64,000 nucleotides of DNA, taken from an uncultured delta proteobacterium (lineage in GTDB: Bacteria > Myxococcota_A > UBA9160 > UBA4427). Shown in pieces: positions 39,939 to 50,025 of the stretch. A model generated the notes under the pieces. The model was not told the origin of the DNA. It saw only the letters and a list, made by a program, of their open reading frames with translations, and made no database searches. A program made the position numbers and the translations under genes. Each line of letters begins with the position of its first letter. Position 1 is the stretch's first letter. The DNA is taken from contig CAWGJT010000015.1 in assembly GCA_963822965.1 (NCBI GenBank), positions 1-64,000 on the forward strand, in the 5' to 3' direction.

Positions 39939-42353
39939 CTAGCGGTCCTCGTCGGACATCAGATCGGCGACCTTCTTGTAGCGGCTCAGGTCGTAGATCC
40001 CGGCTCGGATCGGATCGACGCGCCTCGCGTGGTCGACGAACCACTGGAAGCTCGTCCAGATCTCGGGGTGGCTGCGCGCGAGACCGAATCGGGCCACCAC
40101 CCGGGTGAACTCGTCCTTCGTCGTCGCGGCATGCAGATCCCGCGTGAAGGCCTCGACCCGGGCGACGGGCACCTCGAACATGAAGTTCGGGTAGCTCCCG
40201 ATCAGGCCGCGGTAGATCGTCAGCGTGTCCTTGCCGGGCTCCCGGCGCTTCTCCTCGTCGAACATGAAGGCCACGTTGGTGTGCGCCTTGTTTCGGATCA
40301 GGGTGTACGCGAGATCCTCGCCAGCGTTCGCGGTCGCGATTCGCAGAAAGGCCACGTCCGGCATGAAGTCGACGAACTCCATCGCTTCCTGCGACGCGGG
40401 CCTCGAGGTCAAGGTCTGGAGCTGCTCGTCCACGCGCCGCTCCAACGGGCTCGCCCCCGGCCGGGAGCAGGGCGGATGGGCGCAACGATTCAGCACGTCG
40501 GGCGGCCCGGCCAGCGACTTCAACCGCTCCGAGACGAGCGACACGAACTCGGCCTTCGGGTCCGGCGTCCGATACCGGATCTGCACCGGCAGGTCTTCGT
40601 TCGCCACGACATAGCTCTTGGCGACCTCGAGCTGGAGCTTGCTCCCCTGATACCAGGAATCCCGCATCGCCGTCCGCGCCCCGGCCGGCATGAAGTGGAG
40701 GAAGTTGTTCTCGCCGCCCGTGCGGATCAGGTCGAAGTAGAGACGCGTCTCCACCTGCGAGGCCACGCTCCCGAAGACGTCGAAGTTCACGACCAGCAGG
40801 TAGTAGGAGCGTTCCAGCATCGGGTAGTCCATCACCCACAGCGTCTTCGGGACGGCGCCCACCAGACCCTTCGTGACCATCGCGTTGTCGAAGTTGCGAA
40901 AGACCGTGAGCGCCGCGTTGTCGTTCGTGCCGCCGCCGTCCCAGAGGTCGTCGAGCGACGGGCCGTCGGGCTGATGCTCGCGGTACGCCTGCCCCCGGAG
41001 CCGGATGTACTCGTTTCGCTCCTTGTTGCGGTCGTCCCAGTTCGATTTCATCAGCAGCAGGCGTTCCGTCTGGGGCACCAGAGTGAGAGCGGGTGCGACC
41101 CGCGCCAGGTAGGCCGGGTCGGTGACCGACAGATCGGCGTCGGGATCCTGGAACAGGACGTAGAACCGATCGTCGATGACGTCCGTGGCGACCTGGCCCG
41201 CGCAGACCGGACCCCGGATGTACGTCATGACGAAGTGCTCCGCCGTATCGAGCATGAACTCGTAGCGCCCGCGCGCCGGCATCGCGGCGAAGGTGACGAA
41301 CGGGTTGGCGGCGTTCTCCGGCGAATAGGCGGGCAGCGCTGCGACGTCCCAGTCGGGCTCGAGGAACAGCGCCTCGAAGCGGGCCATCCGGTCCGCGCTG
41401 AGCGAGTAGGCCAGGTGGCTCTTGTGGACGATCGTGCTCTGCAGGGTTCGGAAGCGGTAGAAGAAGGGCTGGCCGGGATCGTCGTTCGGGCGCGCCGTGG
41501 CGACGTCCCGAACGGGCTGTCCCGGCGGCGTCGTCGAGCGCACCAGCTCGAAGAAGTTCCGGCGGCCGGGGCCCTCGAAGTACAGATGGGCCGTGAACAG
41601 GTGCTCGTAGAGGTAGCGGGAGACCAGCCGGTTCTTCGGCGCCGGCCGGTTGAAGAACTCCTCCCAGCGTCGGATCTGCGCCTGCTCGCCTTCCGCCGGG
41701 ACGAGAGGCTCCTCGTCGATCACGCTGCCTTCCAGGATCCATTGGCGCAGGGTCTCGTACTCGCCGTCGGAGAGCCCGGTGATCGCGAGCGGCATGCCCT
41801 GCATGGGCTTGTCCTTCGCATAGCGCTCGAACTCCCCCTGCATGGGACACGAGGTCTCCCGGTCGAGCCCGAAGACGATGTCCTCGGGCACCGGGCTGTT
41901 CGGCACGAGGGGGTGGGTCTTGCCCAGCCGAACCATGGCGAACAGCAGGGAGTACTCGAGGTTGTTCGTCAGCGGGCCGCCCCGGTCGTTCAGCACCGAG
42001 TAGAACCCCTTTCGTCGCCAGGCGGCGGTGCCCTCTGCATCGACGAACAGACGCGTGGGCGGGACGTCCCGGAGACGGGAGCTGTCGTACACGGCGTTCT
42101 TCGTCGCGCCGCGAAGAAGCCCCGGGCCGGAGCTCAGCTTCAGCTGACACGGAGCGTCATAGCACGCGTGACAAGCGACGCACTTCGTATCGAGGAGGGG
42201 TCGGATGTCCCGGGAGTAGGAGGTGGTCTGGGTCGTCGCGAGGGTCGGTGCCCCTTCCGGTTGCGGCGTCGGCTGGCAGCCTGCGACAAGCAGTGCGAGG
42301 AGCGCTCCGGCGAGTCCGCGTCTCGCCGATCGGTGGTTGCTGTCTTCGTGCAA
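39939..42353 (-). CDS. cti: Fatty acid cis/trans isomerase (c-type heme lipoprotein)
   Basis: LVAGC lipobox; KCVACHACYDAPCQLKL, YLYEHLF, IRGPVCAGQVA, FRNFDNA, GSYPNF, G.YDL.RY; TTG start after GGAG. Confidence 0.93.
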   Translation of the reverse strand: MHEDSNHRSARRGLAGALLALLVAGCQPTPQPEGAPTLATTQTTSYSRDIRPLLDTKCVACHACYDAPCQLKLSSGPGLLRGATKNAVYDSSRLRDVPPTRLFVDAEGTAAWRRKGFYSVLNDRGGPLTNNLEYSLLFAMVRLGKTHPLVPNSPVPEDIVFGLDRETSCPMQGEFERYAKDKPMQGMPLAITGLSDGEYETLRQWILEGSVIDEEPLVPAEGEQAQIRRWEEFFNRPAPKNRLVSRYLYEHLFTAHLYFEGPGRRNFFELVRSTTPPGQPVRDVATARPNDDPGQPFFYRFRTLQSTIVHKSHLAYSLSADRMARFEALFLEPDWDVAALPAYSPENAANPFVTFAAMPARGRYEFMLDTAEHFVMTYIRGPVCAGQVATDVIDDRFYVLFQDPDADLSVTDPAYLARVAPALTLVPQTERLLLMKSNWDDRNKERNEYIRLRGQAYREHQPDGPSLDDLWDGGGTNDNAALTVFRNFDNAMVTKGLVGAVPKTLWVMDYPMLERSYYLLVVNFDVFGSVASQVETRLYFDLIRTGGENNFLHFMPAGARTAMRDSWYQGSKLQLEVAKSYVVANEDLPVQIRYRTPDPKAEFVSLVSERLKSLAGPPDVLNRCAHPPCSRPGASPLERRVDEQLQTLTSRPASQEAMEFVDFMPDVAFLRIATANAGEDLAYTLIRNKAHTNVAFMFDEEKRREPGKDTLTIYRGLIGSYPNFMFEVPVARVEAFTRDLHAATTKDEFTRVVARFGLARSHPEIWTSFQWFVDHARRVDPIRAGIYDLSRYKKVADLMSDEDR

Positions 42354-42471
42354 GGTACGGTCTCCCGGCTTCCTGTTCCTGTTCGGCTCGGCCACGATGC
42401 TCGGATTGCCCGCGGCGGCCACGAAGCCCGGGAACCGGTCCATCCCCGGCATGATACCCATCGGGACGGGC

Positions 42472-43831
42472 TCAGAAGTCCACTACGTAGCGCAGGATCG
42501 TCACGAGGGCGTCGCGCCGATTGCTCAGGCCGCCCGGGTTCGCGACGTACTGCAGGTCGGCCTGCAGCGACAGCCAGGGCGTCAGGACCGCCTGGTAGGT
42601 CCACTCCACGGCGACCTCGGCCACGGCCGGCGAGTCGCCGGCGGCCCGGCTCGCGCGCTTGAAGGAGTGGCCGTTGTAGGCGGCGGCGACGCCCATGCCG
42701 AGCTCGTCCTCGGGTCGGCCCGGGAGGAGCCCCGTGTACGTGAAGCCGGCGCCCGTGTAGCCCTCGAACTGCGCGACGTCGCCGTCGGCCCAGCCCAGCT
42801 GCAGGAAGAGCGCGAACCCGCTCGCGTTCAGCGGGTCGAGCTGCGTGGCGTCGTAGTCTGCGATCAGATAGAGGCCCGGATGCCCCCGGGTCTGGACCGG
42901 GTCGCCGGCGGCGTTGGTGCGCGCGAGGTGGGGCATGCGGGCCGAATAGAGCCAGGTGCCGAGGGCGATCCTCGCGGAGGTCGGCCGCTGGGACCACTCC
43001 CGACCCACCCGCCGGCGCTGGGTCGGCCGCGACGCACCGTCGACTTCGCCCTGCTGCTCGGACCGGGCACGGTCGTAGGCCACCTCGGCGATGAAGAAGA
43101 CGCCGTCGTCGTCGTCGAGGCGAACCCGCGTGCCCTTGGGATGGCTCGGCTCGCCGGGAATCCCGTCGAGGACCGCCGCCTGAAGCTCGTAGCCCGGGAA
43201 GGGCTCGGCCTTGAGGCGGGCGCCGAGCGAGGTGGTGGGGAAGATCGATGGACCGTTGACGCCGCTGTTTCCCAGGGCGGCCCCGATGCCGAACGAGCTG
43301 TTCAGGAAGAGCTCGGCCGTCTCCACGGAATAGAACTCGGAGTTGACGTCGTAGAGCCCGAAGAGGATCGACGCGCGGTCCTCGAGCAGGGACTTCTGCC
43401 ACCAGGCCTCGAAGAGCTTGGCGGTGCTGGGCGCTTCGATGTTGTCCACGCCCTGGGCGTCGCCCACGTCCGCCGACGGACGACCGCCGTGGTCCAGCAG
43501 CCCGTAGAGGAAGAAGCTGCCGAGATCGACACCCAGCAGCGCTTCGGTGTGCCAGGTGAAGGTCATGTCGAGGTTCCCGAGAACCTCGGTCTTGCGCCGC
43601 AGCCCGCCGGTGGTGTTGGTGACGACGTCGCCCGTGTAGGCGAGGTCGAACAGGATCTCCGACGCCTCGAGGCGCGCGCGCAGGCCCGCCCAGGTCGGGG
43701 ATCAGGTGCGGCCGCGTCCAGAAGTCGTCCTCGGGAAGGGCTCCGTCGTCCGCCCACGCCGGGCTCCCGAGGCCCGGCGCGAGGCACGAGAGCAGAGCGC
43801 CCAGGATCGCGAATCGTGTGAGCGGGTCCAC
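42472..43831 (-). CDS. Carbohydrate porin, OprB family (frameshift near 43690)
   Basis: AWA|D signal; YTGDVVTN.TGG, QGVDNIEA, D.NSEF, FLNSSFG, PSIFP, QADLQYV.NPG; terminal Phe. Confidence 0.88.
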
Positions 43832-44058
43832 GGCTTCCGTTCGATCCTTCCGCGATCTCCGAGCCGCCCCGGACTCGTGGGAGGAGCTGCGCCAGCAGGG
43901 GGACGTCGAGGATAGCCTCGGGCGCGTTATCTTCGCGCCCCGGCGAAGCGACCGGCCGGATGGGGCGGACGCAGAGGCGCGGCGGACGGACGAGCAGGCG
44001 GACGAGCAGACCCACGAGCCCACGGACGAGCAGACGGATACGGATAAGGAGAGCAGCC

Positions 44059-44913
44059 ATGCCCATCGATCTCGAGAAGGCCCGCGGCCATGCGTTCCCG
44101 GAAGGCGAAGGCGGCTACGGCAAGGACGACGTCATCCTCTACCACCTGGGCGTGGGCGCCGGCGTGCCGCCCACCGATCCGGGCGAGCTCGAGTACACCT
44201 ACGAGAAGAACCTGAAGGTGCTGCCGAGCTTCCCCACCGTGGTGCGCGCCGGCGCGGCCGCCGCCATCTTCGACGTGCCGGGCATGCAGTTCAACCGCGC
44301 CATGATGCTGCACGGCGAGCAGGACGTGGAGATCCACCGGCCGCTGCCGCCCGAGGCGAAGCTGCGCGGCCGCGCCCGGGTGGCCGACATCTTCGACAAG
44401 GGCAAGGCGGCGCTGGCGATCGTCGAGGTGAACGCCGACACCGCGGACGGCGAGCCGCTCTTCACGAGCCGCATGTCCCTCTTCCTGCGCGGCGAGGGCG
44501 GCTTCGGCGGCGAGCCCGGACCGGCGGTGTCGAACGAGGCGCCCGACCGCGAGCCCGATGGCGTGGTGGAGTCGGCGACCCTGCCCCAGCAGGCGCTGCT
44601 CTATCGCCTGAACGGCGACAAGAACCCGCTCCACGCCGACCCCGAGTTCGCCAAGATGGGCGGCTTCGACCGGCCCATCATCCACGGCCTGTGCTCGTAC
44701 GGCATCGTGTGCAAGGCGGTGGTGGACGGCGCCCTCGGCGGCGACGTCAGCCGGGTGGCGCGCTACCAGGCGCGCTTCCGCGGCGTGGCCTTCCCGGGCG
44801 AGACCTACCTCACGTCCTTCTGGCGCGAGGGCGACAAGATCCTGATCGAGGCGAAGTCGAAGGAGCGCGACGCGGTCATCCTCTCGAACGCGGCGTTCAC
44901 CCTGCGCGGCTGA
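44059..44913 (+). CDS. MaoC-type double-hotdog (R)-enoyl-CoA hydratase
   Basis: MLHGEQ, YRLNGDKNPLHADP, PIIHGLCSYG; AGGAG RBS. Confidence 0.93.
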   Translation: MPIDLEKARGHAFPEGEGGYGKDDVILYHLGVGAGVPPTDPGELEYTYEKNLKVLPSFPTVVRAGAAAAIFDVPGMQFNRAMMLHGEQDVEIHRPLPPEAKLRGRARVADIFDKGKAALAIVEVNADTADGEPLFTSRMSLFLRGEGGFGGEPGPAVSNEAPDREPDGVVESATLPQQALLYRLNGDKNPLHADPEFAKMGGFDRPIIHGLCSYGIVCKAVVDGALGGDVSRVARYQARFRGVAFPGETYLTSFWREGDKILIEAKSKERDAVILSNAAFTLRG

Positions 44914-44932
44914 GCGCGGCGAACGCGGCGGG

Positions 44933-46284
44933 CTAGTCCGGCCTGGCGAGGAGCGCCAGCGCCAGGCGCGCGGTGGCGCGGATCCCCGTCTCGATGGTGG
45001 GCTCCGCGTCCGGCGCGAAGCGGCTCGAATGCAGCGAGGGCAGCGGCTCGCCGCCCGCGTGGCTCGCCTGCCACTCCGCCGGCTCGACGGCGCCCAGCCG
45101 GAACATGAACGCCGGGAACCCCTTCTCGCGGTGGTAGCGGCCGAAGTCCTCGCCGCCCATGGCGGCGGGCAGGGGGACCACGTTCTCCTCGCCCAGGAAG
45201 CCGCGGAAGAGCGCGGCGGCGGCCGCCGTCAGGGCCGGGTCGTTGTACATGGCCGGGGTGTACTCGTCCTTCACGGTGACGTCGGGCGGCTGCGGGCACT
45301 GAAAGGCCTGGCAGATGTCGTTGGCGAGCTGACGGATGCTGCCGAGCAGCAGCTCGCGCACCTCGTCCGAGTACGAGCGCACAGTGAGCTGCAGCTTCAC
45401 CTCGTCGGGGATCACGTTGTTCTTCGAGCCGCCGTGGATCGATCCGACCGTGACCACGGCGGGGTCGGTCGGGTTCACCCGCCGGCTCACGATGGTCTGC
45501 AGGGCGACGACCAGGTGCGCGGCGGTGACGATGGGATCGACGGTGTCGTGGGGACGGGCGCCGTGACCCCCGCGGCCGTGAATCGTGATGTCGACGGAGT
45601 CGACGTTGGCCGCCGCCCAGCCCGACACGTAGCCGATCTGCCCGGCGGGCAGGGTGCCGTCCACGTGCAGGGCGATGGCCTCGTCGGGCAGCGGGATCTT
45701 CTCGAAGAGCCCGTCGTCGATCATCATCTGGGCGCCGCGCCCGATCTCCTCGGCGGGCTGGGCGAGGATCACCACGGTGCCGCTCCAGCGCTTGCGCAGG
45801 TCTGCCATCAAGCGCGCCGTACCGAGCAGGCTCGTCACGTGCACGTCGTGCCCGCAGGCGTGCATGACGCCGACGGTGCTGCCGTCGGGCTGGGTGCGGC
45901 TCACCCGACTCGCATACGGCAGCCCCGTCTGCTCGATCACGGGCAGCGCGTCCATGTCGCCGCGGATCAGCACCGTCGGCCCGGGCCCGTTCGCGAGCAC
46001 GCCCACCACCCCGGTGCCGCCGATGTCGCGCTGCACCTCGTAGCCCGCCTTCGAGAGGGTGCGGGCCACCAGCGCCGCCGTCTGCTTCTCCTCGAGCGAG
46101 AGCTCGGGCCGCGCGTGCAGCTGGCGGTAGGTGGTGACCAGCTCCGGGAGACGCTCCTCCACCCAGGCGTCCACCTGCGCGCCGTCGTCGGGCGGCAGCA
46201 GAGCTCGGCGGGCGCCGCCGCGAGCCCCCGCGCCGCGACGATCCAGACGCAGGCCACGACCGCACACAGGGTTCGAAGCTTCAT
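44933..46284 (-). CDS. M20 family amidohydrolase with signal peptide (5' frameshift near 46200)
   Basis: LHARPELS, RGDMDALP, MHACGHD, QPAEE, GGHGARPH, GGEDF, LHSS. Confidence 0.92.
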
Positions 46285-46404
46285 GGACGGGCGACCTCCC
46301 GGTGGAGCACGAAGCGCCGCGGCGCCGGCGGGCGCTCCAGAGACGGTACCGAAGCGAGGGCCACGGGGGGTGCGCGGACCTGAAAGTGGCATACTCCGCC
46401 GCCC

Positions 46405-47553
46405 ATGTCCGCCAGGGCCCCGTTCACCGGCTCGTTCGTGAGCGTCTCAGGACCCGCGACGGCGCTCGCCGGGTGGCGGCTCGTCGCATGCCTGCTCCTT
46501 TCGTGCCTGGCCGGGCTGGGCGGGGCGCCGGCCCGGGCCGTCATCATCGCCTCGGGCGACGGCTCGGGAAACACCACGCCGCCCCCGAACGACTTCGGCT
46601 TCGCCAACGTGGGCGCCGCGGAGCAGACCGCCGTGTACCTGGGCAACGGCTGGGTGATCACCGCGAACCACGTACGCGAGGGCGAGGTCGTGCTGCCAGG
46701 GGCACCCCTACCCCGCGGTCCCCGGCTCGAAGCTGCGGATCTCGAACGCCGGCGGCGGCGTCTCCGCCGACCTCGCCGTCTTCCGCCTGCAGGAGCCCAT
46801 CCCCGCCCTGCCCTCGCTCACGCTGCGGCGGCGCCCCTCGTGCCCGGGCTGGCGCTGGTGATGGCCGGCAACGGATTCGATCGCGGCGATCCCATGGAGT
46901 TCGAGGCGCGGCCCGGCTGGAGCTGGGCGAGCTCGACGCACCTGCGCTGGGGCACCAACGAGGTGGAGCAGACCGGCCTCACCGTGAACGTCGGCGTCGG
47001 GACCGCCACCGCCGCGTTCTCGACCGACTTCACGCCCGGGCTTCCCACCCCCCACGAGGCGCAGGTGGCGGTGGGCGATTCCGGAGGAGCCGTCTTCGCG
47101 CAGCAGGATGGCCGTTGGGAGCTGGCGGGGGTGCTCTTCGCCGCCGACACCTTCGAGGGACAGCCCCCGCGCACCACGGTCTACGGCAACACCACCTTCG
47201 CCGCCGACCTGTCGGTCTACCGCGAGCAGATCCTCGAGCGCACCGGGCAGCCCGCCTGCCGGGACGGCCTCGACGACGACGGCGACGGGCGGGTGGACTT
47301 CCCCGAAGACCCGGACTGTCTCGGCGCGGACGACCCCGACGAGCTGTCGCGGTGCCCGGCCGGAACCACCGCCGGCGACGCGAACGGCGACGGCCGCCCG
47401 GACGGGCTCGACTACGCGATCTGGACCGAGCACACGGGTCGCGACGACGCAGGGCCCGGCCCGGAGAGCGGAGACTTCGACTGCGACGGGCACGTGGACG
47501 CCGCGGACTTCTTCCTCTGGCGCACCGCGTACCGGCGGCAGACCACGCGCTGA
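46405..47553 (+). CDS. Secreted trypsin-like serine protease with EF-hand/dockerin-like C-terminus
   Basis: WVITANHV, GDSGG; catalytic Asp segment ADLAVFRL in an alternative frame (compensating shifts about 46710-46810); GDANGDG..DG.D and GDFDCDG.VD..D repeats. Confidence 0.82.
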   Translation: MSARAPFTGSFVSVSGPATALAGWRLVACLLLSCLAGLGGAPARAVIIASGDGSGNTTPPPNDFGFANVGAAEQTAVYLGNGWVITANHVREGEVVLPGAPLPRGPRLEAADLERRRRRLRRPRRLPPAGAHPRPALAHAAAAPLVPGLALVMAGNGFDRGDPMEFEARPGWSWASSTHLRWGTNEVEQTGLTVNVGVGTATAAFSTDFTPGLPTPHEAQVAVGDSGGAVFAQQDGRWELAGVLFAADTFEGQPPRTTVYGNTTFAADLSVYREQILERTGQPACRDGLDDDGDGRVDFPEDPDCLGADDPDELSRCPAGTTAGDANGDGRPDGLDYAIWTEHTGRDDAGPGPESGDFDCDGHVDAADFFLWRTAYRRQTTR

Positions 47554-47608
47554 CCCCCGCGAGGGCCCGGCGGCCGCCGATCCCGATCCGTGTCGCTACC
47601 CTCGCGTC

Positions 47609-48454
47609 ATGTCCCCGGAAGCCTGTCGCATCGAGCCCGCCGAGGGGTTCGTCCGCGTCCCCTCCGCCTTCACCCGCGAGCAAGCCGCCGCCATGGCCTC
47701 CCGCGTGTGGCAGACCCTCGAGCACGAGTACGGCGTCGTCCGCGACGACCCCGCGAGCTGGCACCTCGAGCAGGCCTGGGGTCTCCAGTCCCTGAAGCGC
47801 CACTCGGTCTTCGAGCCCATCGGCGGCGAGAAGCTCACCGCCGCTCTCGACGCCTGGATGGGCCGGGGAGGCTGGCAACGCCCGAAGGACTGGGGACAGA
47901 TGCTCGTCACGTTCCCCACCCCGGGCCCATGGACGCTTCCCCATCGCGTCTGGCACACGGACTTCCCCTACCACACACGCTACGCCGGGTCGTCGGGGCG
48001 GATCGGGGGTGCGCTGGTCCTCACCTTCGTGTCGGACGTGCCGCCGCGCTCGGGCGGCACCCTGGTGGTGGCCGGGTCGCCCGCCGTGGTGCGGCGCTTC
48101 CTGGAAGGCCGGCCGCGCGCGAAGCGGGAGAACAGGCAGGAGAAGATGAAGACGGTGCGCCAGGCCCTGATGCAGAGCGACCCGTGGCTGGCGGACCTGG
48201 CGAGCGACGCGCCGCAGCCGGACCGCATCGAGCGATTCATGGAGCGGGGCCACGAGATCGGGGGCGTGCCGGTGCGGGTGGTGGAGCTCACCGGCAGGGC
48301 GGGCGACGTGGTGATCGGCCACCCGTGGCTGCTGCACGCCGGCGCGCCCAACTGCGGCGACGGGCCGAGGATCATGCGCGTGCAGCGCATCGGCCCCGCC
48401 GCGGTCTCTCGCAGAGCCCCGCGCGCGTCGGAGGCGTCTCCCGGAACGAGCTAG
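47609..48454 (+). CDS. Phytanoyl-CoA dioxygenase (PhyH) family Fe(II)/2OG oxygenase
   Basis: WHTD, GGTLVVAGS, G.AGDVVI.HPWLLH, N....PR.MR. Confidence 0.85.
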   Translation: MSPEACRIEPAEGFVRVPSAFTREQAAAMASRVWQTLEHEYGVVRDDPASWHLEQAWGLQSLKRHSVFEPIGGEKLTAALDAWMGRGGWQRPKDWGQMLVTFPTPGPWTLPHRVWHTDFPYHTRYAGSSGRIGGALVLTFVSDVPPRSGGTLVVAGSPAVVRRFLEGRPRAKRENRQEKMKTVRQALMQSDPWLADLASDAPQPDRIERFMERGHEIGGVPVRVVELTGRAGDVVIGHPWLLHAGAPNCGDGPRIMRVQRIGPAAVSRRAPRASEASPGTS

Positions 48455-48654
48455 CCTCAATGCGTCATTCCTCGAGCTTCTCGCGTGCGCAGAGCCCGCC
48501 AGCCCTTGCGGATCCCTCGCCGGAATCAGCCTGAGCGCGAGCACCTCATACCGTGAGAGCCTGGCGGCAGACTCGAATCGCGGCACGGGCCGCGCAGCTG
48601 CGTGAATCCGGGCAGCATCGAGAGTTGCGCCCCGATCCGCATGACGGATCCGGG

Positions 48655-49935
48655 CTACGCGTAGACGGCCTTCTGCGGCCCTCCCCCGCCGCCGCCCGTG
48701 CGCACGTGCTCCAGCGCCGCGGCCAGGTCTTCGAGATAGGCGTCCGCCGCCTCGGCGTGGGAGGGCGAGAGCATCAGGTGGATGCCCCGGGGCTCGGTGA
48801 TGAGTCCGGTGAACCAGCCGCGCTGCTTGAGCTGCGCCCACACGCCAAAGATGGGCAGCGCCTCTTCGTCCTCCGATCCGTAGGTGAAGAGGCCGAGCTT
48901 CGGATCGCCGTAGGTGCAGAGGCCGTCCATGGCGTCGATGGCCGCCATCAGGCGCTCGCGCGTGTCGGTCACGATCTTGGCCTTCTCGCGATAGCCCGCG
49001 ACGCCCAGGTACTGCATCACGGCCCAGGCCGCGGCCACGGCGCCGCCCGGTCGGGTGCCCGCCGCGGTGGGGGTGGTCATGCCGCCGGCGGGCCAGTCGT
49101 CGCACGAGAAGATCTGGAAGGCGCGCTGCTCCTCGCTGCGGTGGAAGACCGTGGAGGCGCCCTTGGCCGCGTAGCCGTACTTGTGGAGGTCGGCCGAGAT
49201 GGAGCGCACCCCCGGCAGCTCGAAGTCGAAGGGCGGCACGTCCACGCCGTTCATGCGCGCGAAGGGCGCGAAGTAGCCGCCCACGCAGGCGTCCACGTGC
49301 AGCCACAGGTCGCGCTCGAGAGCCAGGTCGGACAGGGGCTCGATGGGATCGATGAGGCCATAGGGAAAGCACGGCGCCGAGCCCACCAGCATGAGGGTGC
49401 GGTCGCTGACGGCCTTCGCGATGGCGGGGACGTCCGCCCGCAGGTCGGCGGCGACGGGCACCCGCACCACCTTCAGGTCGAGATAGGCGGCGGCCTTGTC
49501 GAAGGCGAGGTGGGTGGAGCGCGGCACCACGATCTCGGCGCCCCGGGTGTCCATGCCCCGGGCCCGGGCCTGGTCGCGGCAGGTCTTGACCGCCATCAGG
49601 ATGCTCTCGGTGCCGCCCGAGGTCATGTTGCCGCAGGCGCCCTCGGGCCCGTGCAGCAGGCCGAGCCCCATCGAGACCACCTCGCTCTCCATGCGGCGCA
49701 GGCTGGGGAAGGCCGCCGGGCCCAGGGCGTTCTCGCTCTGGTAGAGCGCGTAGGCGTCCTTGGCCACCTGCAGCACGTCGTCGCCCGGATGGAAGACGTA
49801 GACCGCCGTGCGCCCGCTGCGCCAGTCGGCGTCGCCCTTCCCCATGTCGAGCATCTCGTCGCGGATCGACGACCAGTCGCGGCCCTTCGCGGGAAGCGTC
49901 ACGCCGGTGTTCACGTCTGCCTTGGGTTCGGCCAT
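48655..49935 (-). CDS. Group II PLP-dependent enzyme, sphingosine-1-phosphate lyase-like
   Basis: TSGGTESILMA.K, H.AFDKAA, GSAP.FPYG.IDPI, HVDAC.GG, SAD.HKYGY..KG. Confidence 0.85.
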   Translation of the reverse strand: MAEPKADVNTGVTLPAKGRDWSSIRDEMLDMGKGDADWRSGRTAVYVFHPGDDVLQVAKDAYALYQSENALGPAAFPSLRRMESEVVSMGLGLLHGPEGACGNMTSGGTESILMAVKTCRDQARARGMDTRGAEIVVPRSTHLAFDKAAAYLDLKVVRVPVAADLRADVPAIAKAVSDRTLMLVGSAPCFPYGLIDPIEPLSDLALERDLWLHVDACVGGYFAPFARMNGVDVPPFDFELPGVRSISADLHKYGYAAKGASTVFHRSEEQRAFQIFSCDDWPAGGMTTPTAAGTRPGGAVAAAWAVMQYLGVAGYREKAKIVTDTRERLMAAIDAMDGLCTYGDPKLGLFTYGSEDEEALPIFGVWAQLKQRGWFTGLITEPRGIHLMLSPSHAEAADAYLEDLAAALEHVRTGGGGGGPQKAVYA

Positions 49936-49988
49936 GGGGCGGTGTCCTCCGTCCGCGCAGGCTATCACGAAGCGCGGGCCGGCCGGCT

Positions 49989-50021
49989 TTTGCCTTTTGT
50001 TCACTTTCGTCTATGTTTCGC
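49989..50021 (+). promoter_or_regulatory. Two tandem TTCGC-N6-TTCGC-like boxes upstream of the UvrD helicase
   Basis: TTTGC-N6-TTCAC (49989-50004) and TTCGT-N6-TTCGC (50006-50021). Confidence 0.55.
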
Positions 50022-50025
50022 CGCC

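Noticed and set aside
37575..42662. 1695-aa ORF and other very long Arg/Pro/Gly-rich ORFs (26421-29561, 26567-29548, 21516-24218, 38458-42150, 33979-37053)
   Set aside because: Shadow frames of recognisable genes; stop codons are rare at this GC content and the translations show no motifs.
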